DNA from: an uncultured Eubacteriales bacterium
Lineage (GTDB): Bacteria; Bacillota; Clostridia; Peptostreptococcales; Anaerovoracaceae
Length of the DNA: 64,000 nucleotides
Assembly: GCA_900315895.1 (NCBI GenBank)
Contig: ONAY01000002.1
Location: 7,165-71,164, forward strand
Reading direction: 5' to 3'
The notes beneath the pieces are model-generated. The model was not told the DNA's origin. It ran no database searches and saw only the letters and a list, made by a program, of their open reading frames with translations. The stretch's first letter is position 1, and every line of letters starts with the position of its first letter. Positions 38,273 through 47,549 of this stretch are shown in pieces. A program made the translations under genes and the position numbers.

Positions 38273-40995
38273 TATTTGACCTTCTGAGAGACGATCTCAA
38301 GCTGTTTAATTACCTTGTCCAGCATCTCTTCGTACACCACAAGTTTGTCCTTCTCTGACTGGACCTTGGCTTCAGGAGCCTTGTTTACAAAGTTGGGATT
38401 GCTCAGCATTCCGTTGGATCTCTTGACCTCCCCTTCAAGGCGGGCCTTTTCCTTTGTGAGCCTATCGAATTCCTCTTTGTAGTCCACAAGCTCATCAAGA
38501 GGAACGTAGATCTCAGCTCCATCTATGACTGCAGATACAGAATCCTCGGGGATATCCTCCTTGGATGCTGCAAAGGTAAGTTCTGTGATATTTCCGAGGT
38601 TTCTCAGATAGCTTTCACCCTTCCTCAAAAGATCCGCCTTCTCACCCTCAGCCAGGACCGTAGCTTTGATCTTGACCGATGGAGCAACAGCCTTCTCAGC
38701 CTTGATATTTCTGATGGCTCTCACTGCATCCATAGTGATTTGAAGGACCTTTGTGGCCTCCGGATACACGTATGAGAGAGAGGCTTTCGGCCAGGATTCA
38801 GAGATGAGATACTTCTTCTCTCCCTCTCCGTGAGGCAGGTAGCTCCAGATCTCTTCTGTGATGAAAGGCATGAAGGGATGGAGAAGCTTGAGCATGTTCT
38901 TAAGGCACATGACGAGGGCGAATCTTACCACCTTCTTATCCTCCTCATCGTCGCCCCAGAGTCTGGGCTTCACCAGTTCTATGTACCAGTCGCAGTATTC
39001 GTTCCAGATGAGATCATAGATCCTCTGCCCTGCCATGGCCATGTCATATCTGTCCATTGCAGGATCAACATATTCTATGCAGTCATTGATGCGGTTAAGC
39101 ATCCACTTGTCCTCATCCTTGAGAGCGATCTGGGAGAAATCCGTTGAGTCGGCGCAGGCCTTGCCGCAGCAATCATTGCAGCATCTGGCCATCTCCTTGA
39201 AGTTGCCGTCCTCATCCTCGATATTCATAATAACGAATCTGGAAGCGTTCCAAAGCTTGTTTGCGAAGTTTCTTGCAGATTCTATCTTCTCAGTCTGGAA
39301 TCTCATGTCGTTTCCCGGGGAGATACCTGTGGAAAGCATGAACCTGAGGGCATCTGCACCGTACTGATCGATGACTTCAAGAGGATCGATACCGTTACCC
39401 AGAGACTTGCTCATCTTCCTGCCCTGAGCATCTCTTACCAGACCGTGGATGTAGATGTCATAGAAAGGCACTTTGCCCATGTATTCAAGTCCGGAGAACA
39501 TCATCCTGACTACCCAGAAGAAGATGATGTCATATCCAGTGATCATTGAGGTAGTGGGATAGAAATAGTCAAGGTCCGGAGTCTTTTCGGGCCATCCGAG
39601 TGTGGAGAACGGCCAAAGAGCGCTGGAGAACCAGGTGTCAAGGACGTCGGGATCCTGAGTCAGGTGGGTGCAGCCGCAGTGCGGGCACTTCTCAGGCATG
39701 GAGCGAGCAACGGTGATCTCGCCGCATTCATCGCAGTAATATGCAGGGATCCTGTGGCCCCACCAGAGCTGTCTTGAGATACACCAGTCCTTGATCTCCT
39801 CAAGCCAGTGCAGATAGGTCTTCTTGAATCTGTCAGGAATGAATCTGGAAGTGCCGTCTTCCACTGCCTTAATGGCAGGCTTTGCCAGCTCTTCCATGGC
39901 GACGAACCACTGATCGGAAAGCATGGGCTCGATGGCAGAGTGACATCTGTAGCACTCACCTTCTGGGATTACCATGCGCTCTACCTTCACCAGATATCCG
40001 GCTTCCTCCAGATCCTTTACCCAGGCCTTGCGGCATTCGTAGCGGTCCATTCCCTCATACTTGCCTGCAAGGCTGTTCATTGTAGCATCCTTATTGATGC
40101 AGCTCACGCAGGGAAGTCCGTGCCTCTGCCCTACCTCGAAGTCGTTGAAATCGTGGGCGGGAGTGATCTTAACTGCGCCTGTTCCCTTTTCCGGATCAGG
40201 ATAAGGGTCAGCTACGATGGGGATCTCTTTATTTACGATGGGGAGCAGCACTTTTTTGCCTATAAGGGAGGCATATCTTTCATCGCCGTCTCTTACTGCT
40301 ATGGCTTCGTCGCTGAACATGGTCTCAGGACGGGATGTGGCAACTATGATCCCATCAAAAGATCCGTCTGCAGCAGGATATCTGAAATACCAGTAGTTTC
40401 CGTCCTTATCATTGTGCTCAACCTCTGCGTCGCTAAGGGACGTTCCGCATGTGGGGCACCAGTTGATGAGACGGTTTCCTCTGTAGATAAGGCCCTTGTT
40501 ATAGAGTCTGATGAAAGCTTCCTTTACGGCATTGGAGCATCCCTCGTCCATTGTGAATCTCTCTCTGGACCAGTCGCAGGAATCACCAAGTTTACGGCAC
40601 TGTCTGGTTATACGTCCGCCGTATTCTTCCTTCCATGCCCAGGCTCTTTTAAGGAATTCTTCACGTCCAAGGTCTTCCTTTTCCAGACCCTCTTCCTTTC
40701 TGATCTTCTCTACGACCTTCACCTCGGTGGCGATGGATGCGTGGTCAGAACCGGGGAGCCAGAGAGCTGAATAACCCTTCATCCTCTTATATCTGGTAAG
40801 AGAATCCTGAAGGGTGTGATCCAGCGCGTGTCCCATGTGAAGCTGCCCTGTGATGTTCGGAGGCGGCATTACGATGGTAAAAGGTTTTTTGTCCGGGTCG
40901 ATCTCCGCTCTGAAAAGTCCTTCTTTTTCCCATGTTTCATAGATCCTGGTCTCGAATTCCTTAGGATCATATGTCTTAGCTAAATTCTTTTGCAT
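38272..40995 (-). CDS. valS: Valine--tRNA ligase
   Basis: HIGH motif PNITGQLHMGHAL, KMSKS, C-terminal coiled coil. Confidence 0.98.
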   Translation of the reverse strand: MQKNLAKTYDPKEFETRIYETWEKEGLFRAEIDPDKKPFTIVMPPPNITGQLHMGHALDHTLQDSLTRYKRMKGYSALWLPGSDHASIATEVKVVEKIRKEEGLEKEDLGREEFLKRAWAWKEEYGGRITRQCRKLGDSCDWSRERFTMDEGCSNAVKEAFIRLYNKGLIYRGNRLINWCPTCGTSLSDAEVEHNDKDGNYWYFRYPAADGSFDGIIVATSRPETMFSDEAIAVRDGDERYASLIGKKVLLPIVNKEIPIVADPYPDPEKGTGAVKITPAHDFNDFEVGQRHGLPCVSCINKDATMNSLAGKYEGMDRYECRKAWVKDLEEAGYLVKVERMVIPEGECYRCHSAIEPMLSDQWFVAMEELAKPAIKAVEDGTSRFIPDRFKKTYLHWLEEIKDWCISRQLWWGHRIPAYYCDECGEITVARSMPEKCPHCGCTHLTQDPDVLDTWFSSALWPFSTLGWPEKTPDLDYFYPTTSMITGYDIIFFWVVRMMFSGLEYMGKVPFYDIYIHGLVRDAQGRKMSKSLGNGIDPLEVIDQYGADALRFMLSTGISPGNDMRFQTEKIESARNFANKLWNASRFVIMNIEDEDGNFKEMARCCNDCCGKACADSTDFSQIALKDEDKWMLNRINDCIEYVDPAMDRYDMAMAGQRIYDLIWNEYCDWYIELVKPRLWGDDEEDKKVVRFALVMCLKNMLKLLHPFMPFITEEIWSYLPHGEGEKKYLISESWPKASLSYVYPEATKVLQITMDAVRAIRNIKAEKAVAPSVKIKATVLAEGEKADLLRKGESYLRNLGNITELTFAASKEDIPEDSVSAVIDGAEIYVPLDELVDYKEEFDRLTKEKARLEGEVKRSNGMLSNPNFVNKAPEAKVQSEKDKLVVYEEMLDKVIKQLEIVSQKVK

Positions 40996-41007
40996 TATGC
41001 CGCTCCT

Positions 41008-41586
41008 TTAAAATACTCCGTCTATAAAAATTTTAATTCCTATCAAGATCAATATCACACCGCCCAGTACGGTCTCCCTCACCGGCAATCTGCCCTTCAA
41101 AAGTGTCCCTGCGTAGAGGGCTGCCAGGCAAAGGCCCATGGTCACAACGCCGATAACTGCAGAAGCTGTCAGCGCCATGGACAAAGTGTAGCTTGCAATG
41201 GCGAAGCCGACAGACAATGCATCTATGGATGTGGCCACACCCTGGATCAGTATCTCTCCCCATCCAATGCCTTTATCGGTCATCTCTTCGTCTGAGTGAT
41301 CATCCTCTCTGATCATCCTGATCCCAAGGATCAGAAGAAGGATCAATGATATCCAGGGAGTGAGCTTCATGAGCCATCCCATCATCTTCACAGCCTCGCT
41401 TACCAGGACCCATCCTATGAGAGGCATGGCAAACTGAAAGACTCCGAAGGCGAGGGCTATTGATGCTTTCTTGCCCTTTGTCATCCCCGGTTCTCTGACT
41501 ATATCGGCCAAAGATACACTAACGGCATCCATGGCCAGCCCGAATCCCAGACCTATGGCGGTAACAAAAAACGTGATAATGTTCAT
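41008..41586 (-). CDS. mntP: Manganese efflux pump MntP
   Basis: Duplicated DUF204 halves with AMDAVSVS and SIDALSVG motifs; 6 TM. Confidence 0.88.
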   Translation of the reverse strand: MNIITFFVTAIGLGFGLAMDAVSVSLADIVREPGMTKGKKASIALAFGVFQFAMPLIGWVLVSEAVKMMGWLMKLTPWISLILLLILGIRMIREDDHSDEEMTDKGIGWGEILIQGVATSIDALSVGFAIASYTLSMALTASAVIGVVTMGLCLAALYAGTLLKGRLPVRETVLGGVILILIGIKIFIDGVF

Positions 41587-41595
41587 AACTGATTT

Positions 41596-41604
41596 ATTAT
41601 ATCA
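41596..41604 (-). promoter_or_regulatory. Extended -10 element (TGATATAAT) 9 nt upstream of the mntP ATG
   Basis: TGaTATAAT on the minus strand. No Shine-Dalgarno between it and the ATG, implying a (near-)leaderless transcript. Confidence 0.35.
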
Positions 41605-41629
41605 AAAAATATAACGCCATAAAACCCCT

Positions 41630-41669
41630 AAATTAAAATGTCCGGACCGGCCTTAATGACCCGTCCGGA
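41630..41669 (-). terminator. Candidate terminator after rnhB
   Basis: GC-rich hairpin UCCGGAC...GUCCGGA (7 bp plus 2 after a bulge) followed by a weak U-tract CAUUUUAAUUU. Confidence 0.4.
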
Positions 41670-41683
41670 TGAAGTTATTTATA

Positions 41684-42349
41684 CTATTTATCCATGAAAC
41701 TCTTGAGGAAAGAGAGCCTGTGAATAGGTGTAATCCCATACTGTCTGAGACCTTCATAATGCTTGGCAGTGCCGTAGCCCATGTTGGACTCAAGACCGTA
41801 TCCGGGATACTGCTCGGCATATGCCTCCATCATCCTGTCTCTCGTCACCTTTGCAACTATGGAAGCCGCAGCTATGCTTAAACTCTTGGTATCTCCCTTG
41901 ACTATCCCGGTCTGGCTCTGACTGATACCGCTCAGAGTAACTGCATCGATCAGCACATGATCCAGAGAGCCAAGATCTCGCTTCTCAAGCATTTTCTCGG
42001 CCTTTTCGATAGATTCCTTCATTGCAAGCTTTGTGGCCTCCAAAATGTTTATCTCATCGATGACTTTATTATCCTTCTGGCCGATGCCTACCGCCAAAGC
42101 TTTATCAAGGATCAGATCGTAAAGCTCTTCCCTGTGTTTTTTGCTGAGCTTCTTGGAATCATCGATCCCCAGTATGTCCACAGAGTTGTCGAAAACCACG
42201 CAGCAGGCCACCACCGGTCCGCAAAGCGGGCCTCTTCCCACTTCGTCTATTCCGCCCACCATACCATAGGCTCTTCGGTATTCATCGTCAAAGGCCCTCA
42301 TGGTCAAAAGCTTCTGTTTCTGTTTTTCCAGACGTTCTTCCTTCGTCAT
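41684..42349 (-). CDS. rnhB: Ribonuclease HII
   Basis: GIDEVGRGPLCGPVVA catalytic motif, DDSKKL, IAAASIVAKVTRD. Confidence 0.95.
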   Translation of the reverse strand: MTKEERLEKQKQKLLTMRAFDDEYRRAYGMVGGIDEVGRGPLCGPVVACCVVFDNSVDILGIDDSKKLSKKHREELYDLILDKALAVGIGQKDNKVIDEINILEATKLAMKESIEKAEKMLEKRDLGSLDHVLIDAVTLSGISQSQTGIVKGDTKSLSIAAASIVAKVTRDRMMEAYAEQYPGYGLESNMGYGTAKHYEGLRQYGITPIHRLSFLKSFMDK

Positions 42350-43248
42350 CTGTCAACCTTTTCCAAAGTGATCCTTCCGATGGTCCCGGCTCTGAATTCA
42401 TCCAGGACGGTCTCTGCAGTTCTGGTATAGTTTATCCTCTTTCCGGGAAGAATGAACCCACGCTTCAAGGCGATGGATTCCATATTAACTATGGCCGCTT
42501 CCTTTTCGTCTTCGGTCTCCCTTCCAAGAGACTCACTGTAGTCTCCGGGGCGGCATAACTCATCCAGTTTATATCTTGAAGTTAAGAGCCCGGGATACTC
42601 TTCCGTGAGAACTCTTATGAGTTCCATTCCAAGGCTGTCAGTATCCAGGATCTCATCCTTGATGGATCCGCAGAATGCAAGATAGAGTCCTGTCCTGGGA
42701 TCCTCGAACTTAGGCCAAAGTATGCCGGGGGTATCCAGAAGCTGCATGCCGTTTTCGATGGAAAGCCATTGTTTCCCTCTCGTGACTCCGGGCTTGTCCC
42801 CTGTCTTTGCAGACCTGCGGCCCGTAAGGCGATTGATGAATGATGACTTACCCACATTTGGCACGCCAACTACCATCATCCTAAGCGGCTTCTTAAGTGT
42901 TCTGGATACGTTGACTTCATCCTGGATCTTTTCCAGCAAGGCGTATAATTCCTTGAAGCCCATGCCCTTATTGCAGTTGAGCCTTAGAGCCTCGTGTCCC
43001 TCTTCCCTGAAATTCTTTATCCAGTCTCTGGTGGAATCATCATCGGCAAGGTCACTCTTGTTCAGCACAATTATCCTTCTCTTGCCCTCGGTGATCTCAT
43101 TTATAACGGGGTTTCTGGATGATACAGGTATCCTGGCGTCCAGTATCTCAATGACCAGGTCCACCAATTTCAGATTCTGTTGTATCAGTTCCCTGGTCTT
43201 TTTCATGTGACCGGGATACCAGTTGATGTTATTGATATTCTCTGCCAT
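42346..43248 (-). CDS. rbgA: Ribosome biogenesis GTPase A (YlqF/RbgA), circularly permuted
   Basis: INWYPGHMKKT, G4 NKSDL preceding G1 GVPNVGKSSFINRL, DTPGILWP. Start set to the ATG at 43248. Confidence 0.93.
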   Translation of the reverse strand: MAENINNINWYPGHMKKTRELIQQNLKLVDLVIEILDARIPVSSRNPVINEITEGKRRIIVLNKSDLADDDSTRDWIKNFREEGHEALRLNCNKGMGFKELYALLEKIQDEVNVSRTLKKPLRMMVVGVPNVGKSSFINRLTGRRSAKTGDKPGVTRGKQWLSIENGMQLLDTPGILWPKFEDPRTGLYLAFCGSIKDEILDTDSLGMELIRVLTEEYPGLLTSRYKLDELCRPGDYSESLGRETEDEKEAAIVNMESIALKRGFILPGKRINYTRTAETVLDEFRAGTIGRITLEKVDR

Positions 43249-43252
43249 CTTA

Positions 43253-44143
43253 TCAGTTATCGTAATCGAATCCGCTGTGAGTTCCCATCTCAAGTTCAAG
43301 GAGCTCAGGGTTTTCGAAGACATGTTTCAAAAGTCTCAGGCTCTTTGCAAAGTAGAAACCGTCACCGATCCTCTCATCAAGAACGGCTCCGAAATCCACC
43401 ACATCCCTTATCTGCTTTGTACCATCCTCCATGAGGATCTCCTCCTTGTGAAGGGTTCCCACGGTGATCATTATGCTGTTGGTCCCGTAATTGTTGAGAT
43501 GGTGATACACATGGGGGCACTTGATGCTTCCCAAATTGCTGAGAAGAACGGTAGTGTAATTGGGATCGCCCTCAGTTAACGCTTTAGGGTTCTTGCCCCA
43601 GAAGTCCAGGATCCTGATTATCCTGATGACTACCATAAGAATCGGTCTTGGAATTGCAGCGAACTTGTCAAGTAGTTCATCTATTCCACCGGTGGCCTTC
43701 TCGCTCTTTCTCATCTCCTTGACGTCCCCTACCACCTTCCGGCTTATGGAGTCAAGATTGTCATCATCCTTTGGTACAAGGACCATCAGCGATTCCTCGG
43801 CTCCGTCCGCGAATCTTCTCTTTGCCACGAAGCTAAGGCTGATCTCATCCCTCTCATAGGTTCGGTAACCCTGGACGAATCTGTTTAGAAGAGGTCTTTC
43901 CTTAATGATTCTGGCTACGCAGGTCAGGACACAGTGAAATATCGTAGTCTTGTATTCGGGATGTTCCGCATTTACTTTTTCTAAATACTTTATGAGTTCG
44001 GTAGCATCCAGCTTGTCGCTGAGATAAACTTCGGAATCCGTTCTCTTGGGATACAAATACCCCATGATAGTCTGCAATCCCGGGACCCTTATGTATCTGC
44101 CGTCCCTTCTGTCTCCCCATTTTCTGGCAACTGTTTCACTCAT
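43253..44143 (-). CDS. Stand-alone CAT/2-oxoacid-dehydrogenase-E2-fold acyltransferase (catalytic domain only)
   Basis: 296 aa with no lipoyl or PSBD domains. LSNLGSIKCPHVYHHLNNYGTNS resembles the CAT HHAVCDG / E2 DHRxxDG active-site segment. 8-nt overlap with the upstream ligase. Confidence 0.62.
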   Translation of the reverse strand: MSETVARKWGDRRDGRYIRVPGLQTIMGYLYPKRTDSEVYLSDKLDATELIKYLEKVNAEHPEYKTTIFHCVLTCVARIIKERPLLNRFVQGYRTYERDEISLSFVAKRRFADGAEESLMVLVPKDDDNLDSISRKVVGDVKEMRKSEKATGGIDELLDKFAAIPRPILMVVIRIIRILDFWGKNPKALTEGDPNYTTVLLSNLGSIKCPHVYHHLNNYGTNSIMITVGTLHKEEILMEDGTKQIRDVVDFGAVLDERIGDGFYFAKSLRLLKHVFENPELLELEMGTHSGFDYDN

Positions 44144-45815
44144 TTGATTCCTCCATTGCTTCTTCTTCCAATAATCTGTATGCCACTTTGCCTACCAATG
44201 TCCTGGGAAGTTCATCCCTGAAGATGATCTCCCTTGGAAGTGCATAGGCAGAGACCTTGAGCTTCAGCTGCTCTATTATGGACGATCTGGTCTTCTCCGT
44301 AGGCTCAAAGCCCTTATTAAGCACCACATAAGCTCTGACTCTTTGGCCTCTTCTCTGATCCTTAACTCCTATGATACAGCTGTAATCCACCTCCGGACAC
44401 TGATCCAGAGCATTCTCCAGGTTTCCGGGATAGACGTTATAGCCATTTGTTATGATCATTCGTTTGATCCTCTGACGGAAATACACATATCCATCCGGAT
44501 CCATCATTCCGAGATCTCCCGTGTAAAGCCAGGTGTTGCCGTCCTTTAATCTTTTAAGAGTATGGGCAGTCTCCTCAGGGTCGTTTAGGTAGCCCTTCAT
44601 TACAGATGGGCCTCTCAAGATGATCTCCCCTTCTTCACCATAGGGCAAAACATCATCTGTCCCCGGCTTAACTATGGCATATGTCATATCCGGGAAAGGA
44701 AGCCCTATGCTTCCCTCTTTATATGTATCCTTCGGCGTCAGGCAGCTGGCGGTGACACACTCCGTGAGGCCATAACCCTCGCGCACCATGATGTGAGCGT
44801 TGTGATCCAGAAGGAATCTGTCGATCTTCTTTTTTTGCTCCACAGTCAGGGAGTCTCCACCGCAAAACATCCCTTCCAGGAAGCTCAGATCCACGTTATC
44901 CATATTGGGGATCTTGAGGAAAGCGTCGAATATAGCCGGAACTCCTACGATAAAGCTGGGATGCTTCTTGAGCACCATATCTGAATACGACTTGATATTA
45001 AAGTTTGGCATCAGAAGGCAGCAGGCGCCGTGGATCAGCACTATGTGGATATTGAGAGCCAGCCCGAATCCATGGAAAATGGGCATGCAGCTAAGCATCT
45101 TAAGGCCTCTTTTGAATTCCACTTCTATGGCCTCCCTGGCTTCCAGTGCACAGGAATTGATATTAAAGTCTGTAAGGCAGATCCCCTTGGGTTTTCCGGT
45201 GGTACCGCCCGAAAAAAGTATTACAGAGGTCCTGTTCTCATCATAGGGCACCACAGGTATGTCATAACCCTCACCTTCAGCCAAAAAACTCCTCCAGGAA
45301 AGTTCATTATTTCCTCTGGGAAACTTTAGATACTTGTGCCCCACCTTCAGAAGATAGAGTACCTTCAGATGAACGGGGAGCACCTCCTGGATCCTGGTTA
45401 CAAGGATCTCACAGCTGTGGTCCACGCTTTCCAGGGCTTTCTCCACCTTCTCGCAAAACATATCAGGCACCAGTATCATTTTGCTCTTAGTCTTGCTCAG
45501 GTAGATGGATATCTCCTCCTGAGATGACTGGGGATGGATCATAGCCGCTGTGACCCCTATATGATCCAGGCCATAGAAGCACTCCAGAGCCTGTGGGCAG
45601 TTGGGCATGCAGATCGTAATGCAATCCCCTTCCCTGATACCATGCCTGGTAAAAGCGCGGGATACTTTTAGGATACGCTCTACGAACTGACTATAGGTGG
45701 TACCGTTTCCAAAAAAATCCAGACATACGTCGTCAGGATATATGCCTGCGATCCTTTCCACCAGGTCAAACATTGTAGCCTGTGGATAATCAATATGTTT
45801 TACTACGTCGGACAT
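44136..45815 (-). CDS. AMP-forming acyl-adenylate/acyl-CoA ligase (ANL superfamily)
   Basis: ILFSGGTTGKPKGICLT, EGYGLTE, YTGDLG, PRTLVGKV. Start set to the ATG at 45815 (GGAG 12 nt upstream); the ATG at 45869 lies inside the terminator/promoter region. Confidence 0.88.
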   Translation of the reverse strand: MSDVVKHIDYPQATMFDLVERIAGIYPDDVCLDFFGNGTTYSQFVERILKVSRAFTRHGIREGDCITICMPNCPQALECFYGLDHIGVTAAMIHPQSSQEEISIYLSKTKSKMILVPDMFCEKVEKALESVDHSCEILVTRIQEVLPVHLKVLYLLKVGHKYLKFPRGNNELSWRSFLAEGEGYDIPVVPYDENRTSVILFSGGTTGKPKGICLTDFNINSCALEAREAIEVEFKRGLKMLSCMPIFHGFGLALNIHIVLIHGACCLLMPNFNIKSYSDMVLKKHPSFIVGVPAIFDAFLKIPNMDNVDLSFLEGMFCGGDSLTVEQKKKIDRFLLDHNAHIMVREGYGLTECVTASCLTPKDTYKEGSIGLPFPDMTYAIVKPGTDDVLPYGEEGEIILRGPSVMKGYLNDPEETAHTLKRLKDGNTWLYTGDLGMMDPDGYVYFRQRIKRMIITNGYNVYPGNLENALDQCPEVDYSCIIGVKDQRRGQRVRAYVVLNKGFEPTEKTRSSIIEQLKLKVSAYALPREIIFRDELPRTLVGKVAYRLLEEEAMEESNE

Positions 45816-45829
45816 TGAACTAAATAACT

Positions 45830-45866
45830 CCAAAAAAATTAAAAGCACCGTATGAATACGATGCTT
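45830..45866 (-). terminator. Intrinsic terminator after gtrA
   Basis: AAGCAUCGUA-UUCA-UACGGUGCUU (10 bp, 4-nt loop) followed by UUAAUUUUUUU. Confidence 0.7.
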
Positions 45867-45867
45867 C

Positions 45868-45896
45868 ATTATAACATCTAAAAGTTATATTTTCAA
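45868..45896 (-). promoter_or_regulatory. Candidate promoter for the ligase-acyltransferase-rbgA-rnhB unit
   Basis: TTGAAA-17 nt-TATAAT on the minus strand. The -35 overlaps the gtrA stop, and the -10 ends 1 nt before the terminator stem. Confidence 0.4.
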
Positions 45897-46327
45897 TTTT
45901 TCTTCTTTTGCGCCCTCTCGTTTGTATCGATGCTGTCTCTGAAGACAAAGAAACGGTCGTAGAGAAACTCCAGGATGAGGTTACAGGCCATGTTCAGACC
46001 TGTGGCCAGAACACCCGGCCAGCCCAGATTCTCTGTCAGGAACTTTACAAAATACGTGGATGTAGGCGTGAACACCGCGTAGAACAGAAGTACCTTCGCC
46101 ATGGCGATCGGAACGTTGTTGGCAGACTGGAATGTGAACTGCCTGTTCAGAGTGAAGTTCCAAATAACGGAGCAGATCAGAGCTATGAGATAGCACGGCC
46201 AGTATTTCCAATCCGTCAGCCAGTCGAGCAAGGAAGCGACTGAAAGTTCAATTATTCCTGCCGATGCTGAAAACAAGGCGAATTTTATTGCCCTTACGGC
46301 TTCTTTTTTCTTGTTTAAATCACTCAT
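45893..46327 (-). CDS. GtrA-family small membrane protein
   Basis: 144 aa, 4 TM, FALFSASAGIIELS...WNFTLNRQFTF typical of GtrA. ATG at 46327 (ATGA overlap with the ADH stop). Confidence 0.75.
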   Translation of the reverse strand: MSDLNKKKEAVRAIKFALFSASAGIIELSVASLLDWLTDWKYWPCYLIALICSVIWNFTLNRQFTFQSANNVPIAMAKVLLFYAVFTPTSTYFVKFLTENLGWPGVLATGLNMACNLILEFLYDRFFVFRDSIDTNERAQKKKN

Positions 46328-46329
46328 GA

Positions 46330-47547
46330 TCAATCTCCCATTGCAAGTGCGAGCACTCTTTTTACGTCTTCTTCAGTGTATGTGACCGGTGTGGGATACA
46401 GCGGGACCGCTTCCTTTACGGCTCTCCTTGCGATCTCATCCATGTCTTCCGGTCTTAGATCTTTAAACTTGGGATCTATTCCAAGGCTTCTGTTCAAAGC
46501 TCTTATTTTATCGATGAACTTAAGGGCGATCTTCCTGTCGTCGGATCCATCATCCTCTACCACTCCTGTACGTGTTGCCAGCTTTGCCAACGGTCTGTAT
46601 GCGGCCTTTCCGTAATCCAGAAGGACCAGAGGAAGAAGCGCAGCCATGCACTGACCGTGGGGCAGATGATAGATGCCTCCGATGCCGTGGCCGATGGCGT
46701 GGACATATCCTACGCAGGCCACCGTAAAGGCCTCTCCTGCCTCAAAAGATGCCTTCAGCATGATTTGCCTCACCGCAATATCCTCCGGCTCCTGACAAGC
46801 TCTCTCAAGATACTTGAATATCTTTGATACCGCAGATTCGCAGAGCTCCTTGGTGTCAGCCTTATGATATGGAGCGTTAAGATAAGCTTCTACCGCGTGA
46901 GTCAAGGCATCCATTCCGGTCATAGCTGTCACGCTCTTTGGAAGGCTGACTGTAAGCTTCCCGTCCAGTATAGCATATTTTGGGCAAAGTGAGAGATCAC
47001 TTACTGTAAACTTATAGTTTTTTGTCTCGTCGGTAATGACTGCCGCAATGGTGCATTCTGATCCCGTGCCGGCAGTGGTGGGCACGGCGATCATGAGAGG
47101 CGTCTTCCTTCCGACCTTCATTAAGCCCTTCAGCTTTCTGAGGTCTGAGCGGGGTCTTGCGATAAGACAGGCCGCGCCCTTCATGGCATCCATGGGAGAG
47201 CCACCTCCTATGGCGATCATTGAGTCACACTCTTCGTCCCTGTACATCCGGGCGATCTCTTTGACATGGGCGATATCAGGATCATTATTTATGATCCCGC
47301 ATACCACCGGTTCAAACTTGTTTTCAAAAAGAGAGTCCATTATCCCTTTAAAATAGTCTCTCTGAACGGTGCCCGGACTCGTGACAATTAGCGGTCTCAC
47401 CTTGCCTTCGGCTTCAAGTATGTCCTTGAGCTTTCCCGATGACCCCGGACCCTCGTACAATACCGGTCTTGGGATGTTAATGGCCTTCATTCCAAGTCCC
47501 ATGCCGGCATGCACTATCTTCATTGTGGTTTTCTTCGCGCTAGTCAT
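46330..47547 (-). CDS. Iron-containing (group III) alcohol dehydrogenase
   Basis: IAIGGGSPMDAMKGAA and the metal His cluster VHAIGHGIGGIYHLPHG. ATG at 47547 follows GAGGTGA. Confidence 0.9.
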   Translation of the reverse strand: MTSAKKTTMKIVHAGMGLGMKAINIPRPVLYEGPGSSGKLKDILEAEGKVRPLIVTSPGTVQRDYFKGIMDSLFENKFEPVVCGIINNDPDIAHVKEIARMYRDEECDSMIAIGGGSPMDAMKGAACLIARPRSDLRKLKGLMKVGRKTPLMIAVPTTAGTGSECTIAAVITDETKNYKFTVSDLSLCPKYAILDGKLTVSLPKSVTAMTGMDALTHAVEAYLNAPYHKADTKELCESAVSKIFKYLERACQEPEDIAVRQIMLKASFEAGEAFTVACVGYVHAIGHGIGGIYHLPHGQCMAALLPLVLLDYGKAAYRPLAKLATRTGVVEDDGSDDRKIALKFIDKIRALNRSLGIDPKFKDLRPEDMDEIARRAVKEAVPLYPTPVTYTEEDVKRVLALAMGD

Positions 47548-47549
47548 GA

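Noticed and set aside
39808-40770. 320-aa plus-strand ORF (and neighbours 38830-39367)
   Set aside because: It is antisense to valS (HIGH and KMSKS motifs are on the minus frame) and has no independent signals.
40996-41007. T-box leader for valS
   Set aside because: The gap to the preceding gene is 12 nt and a T-box needs about 200 nt. None is possible unless it is embedded in mntP, which reads as an intact ORF.
41587-41683. Possible yybP-ykoY Mn riboswitch upstream of mntP
   Set aside because: Only 97 nt are available, and most is taken by a terminator-like hairpin and an extended -10. I do not see the conserved GGGGAGUAG-type core. An Infernal scan would be decisive.
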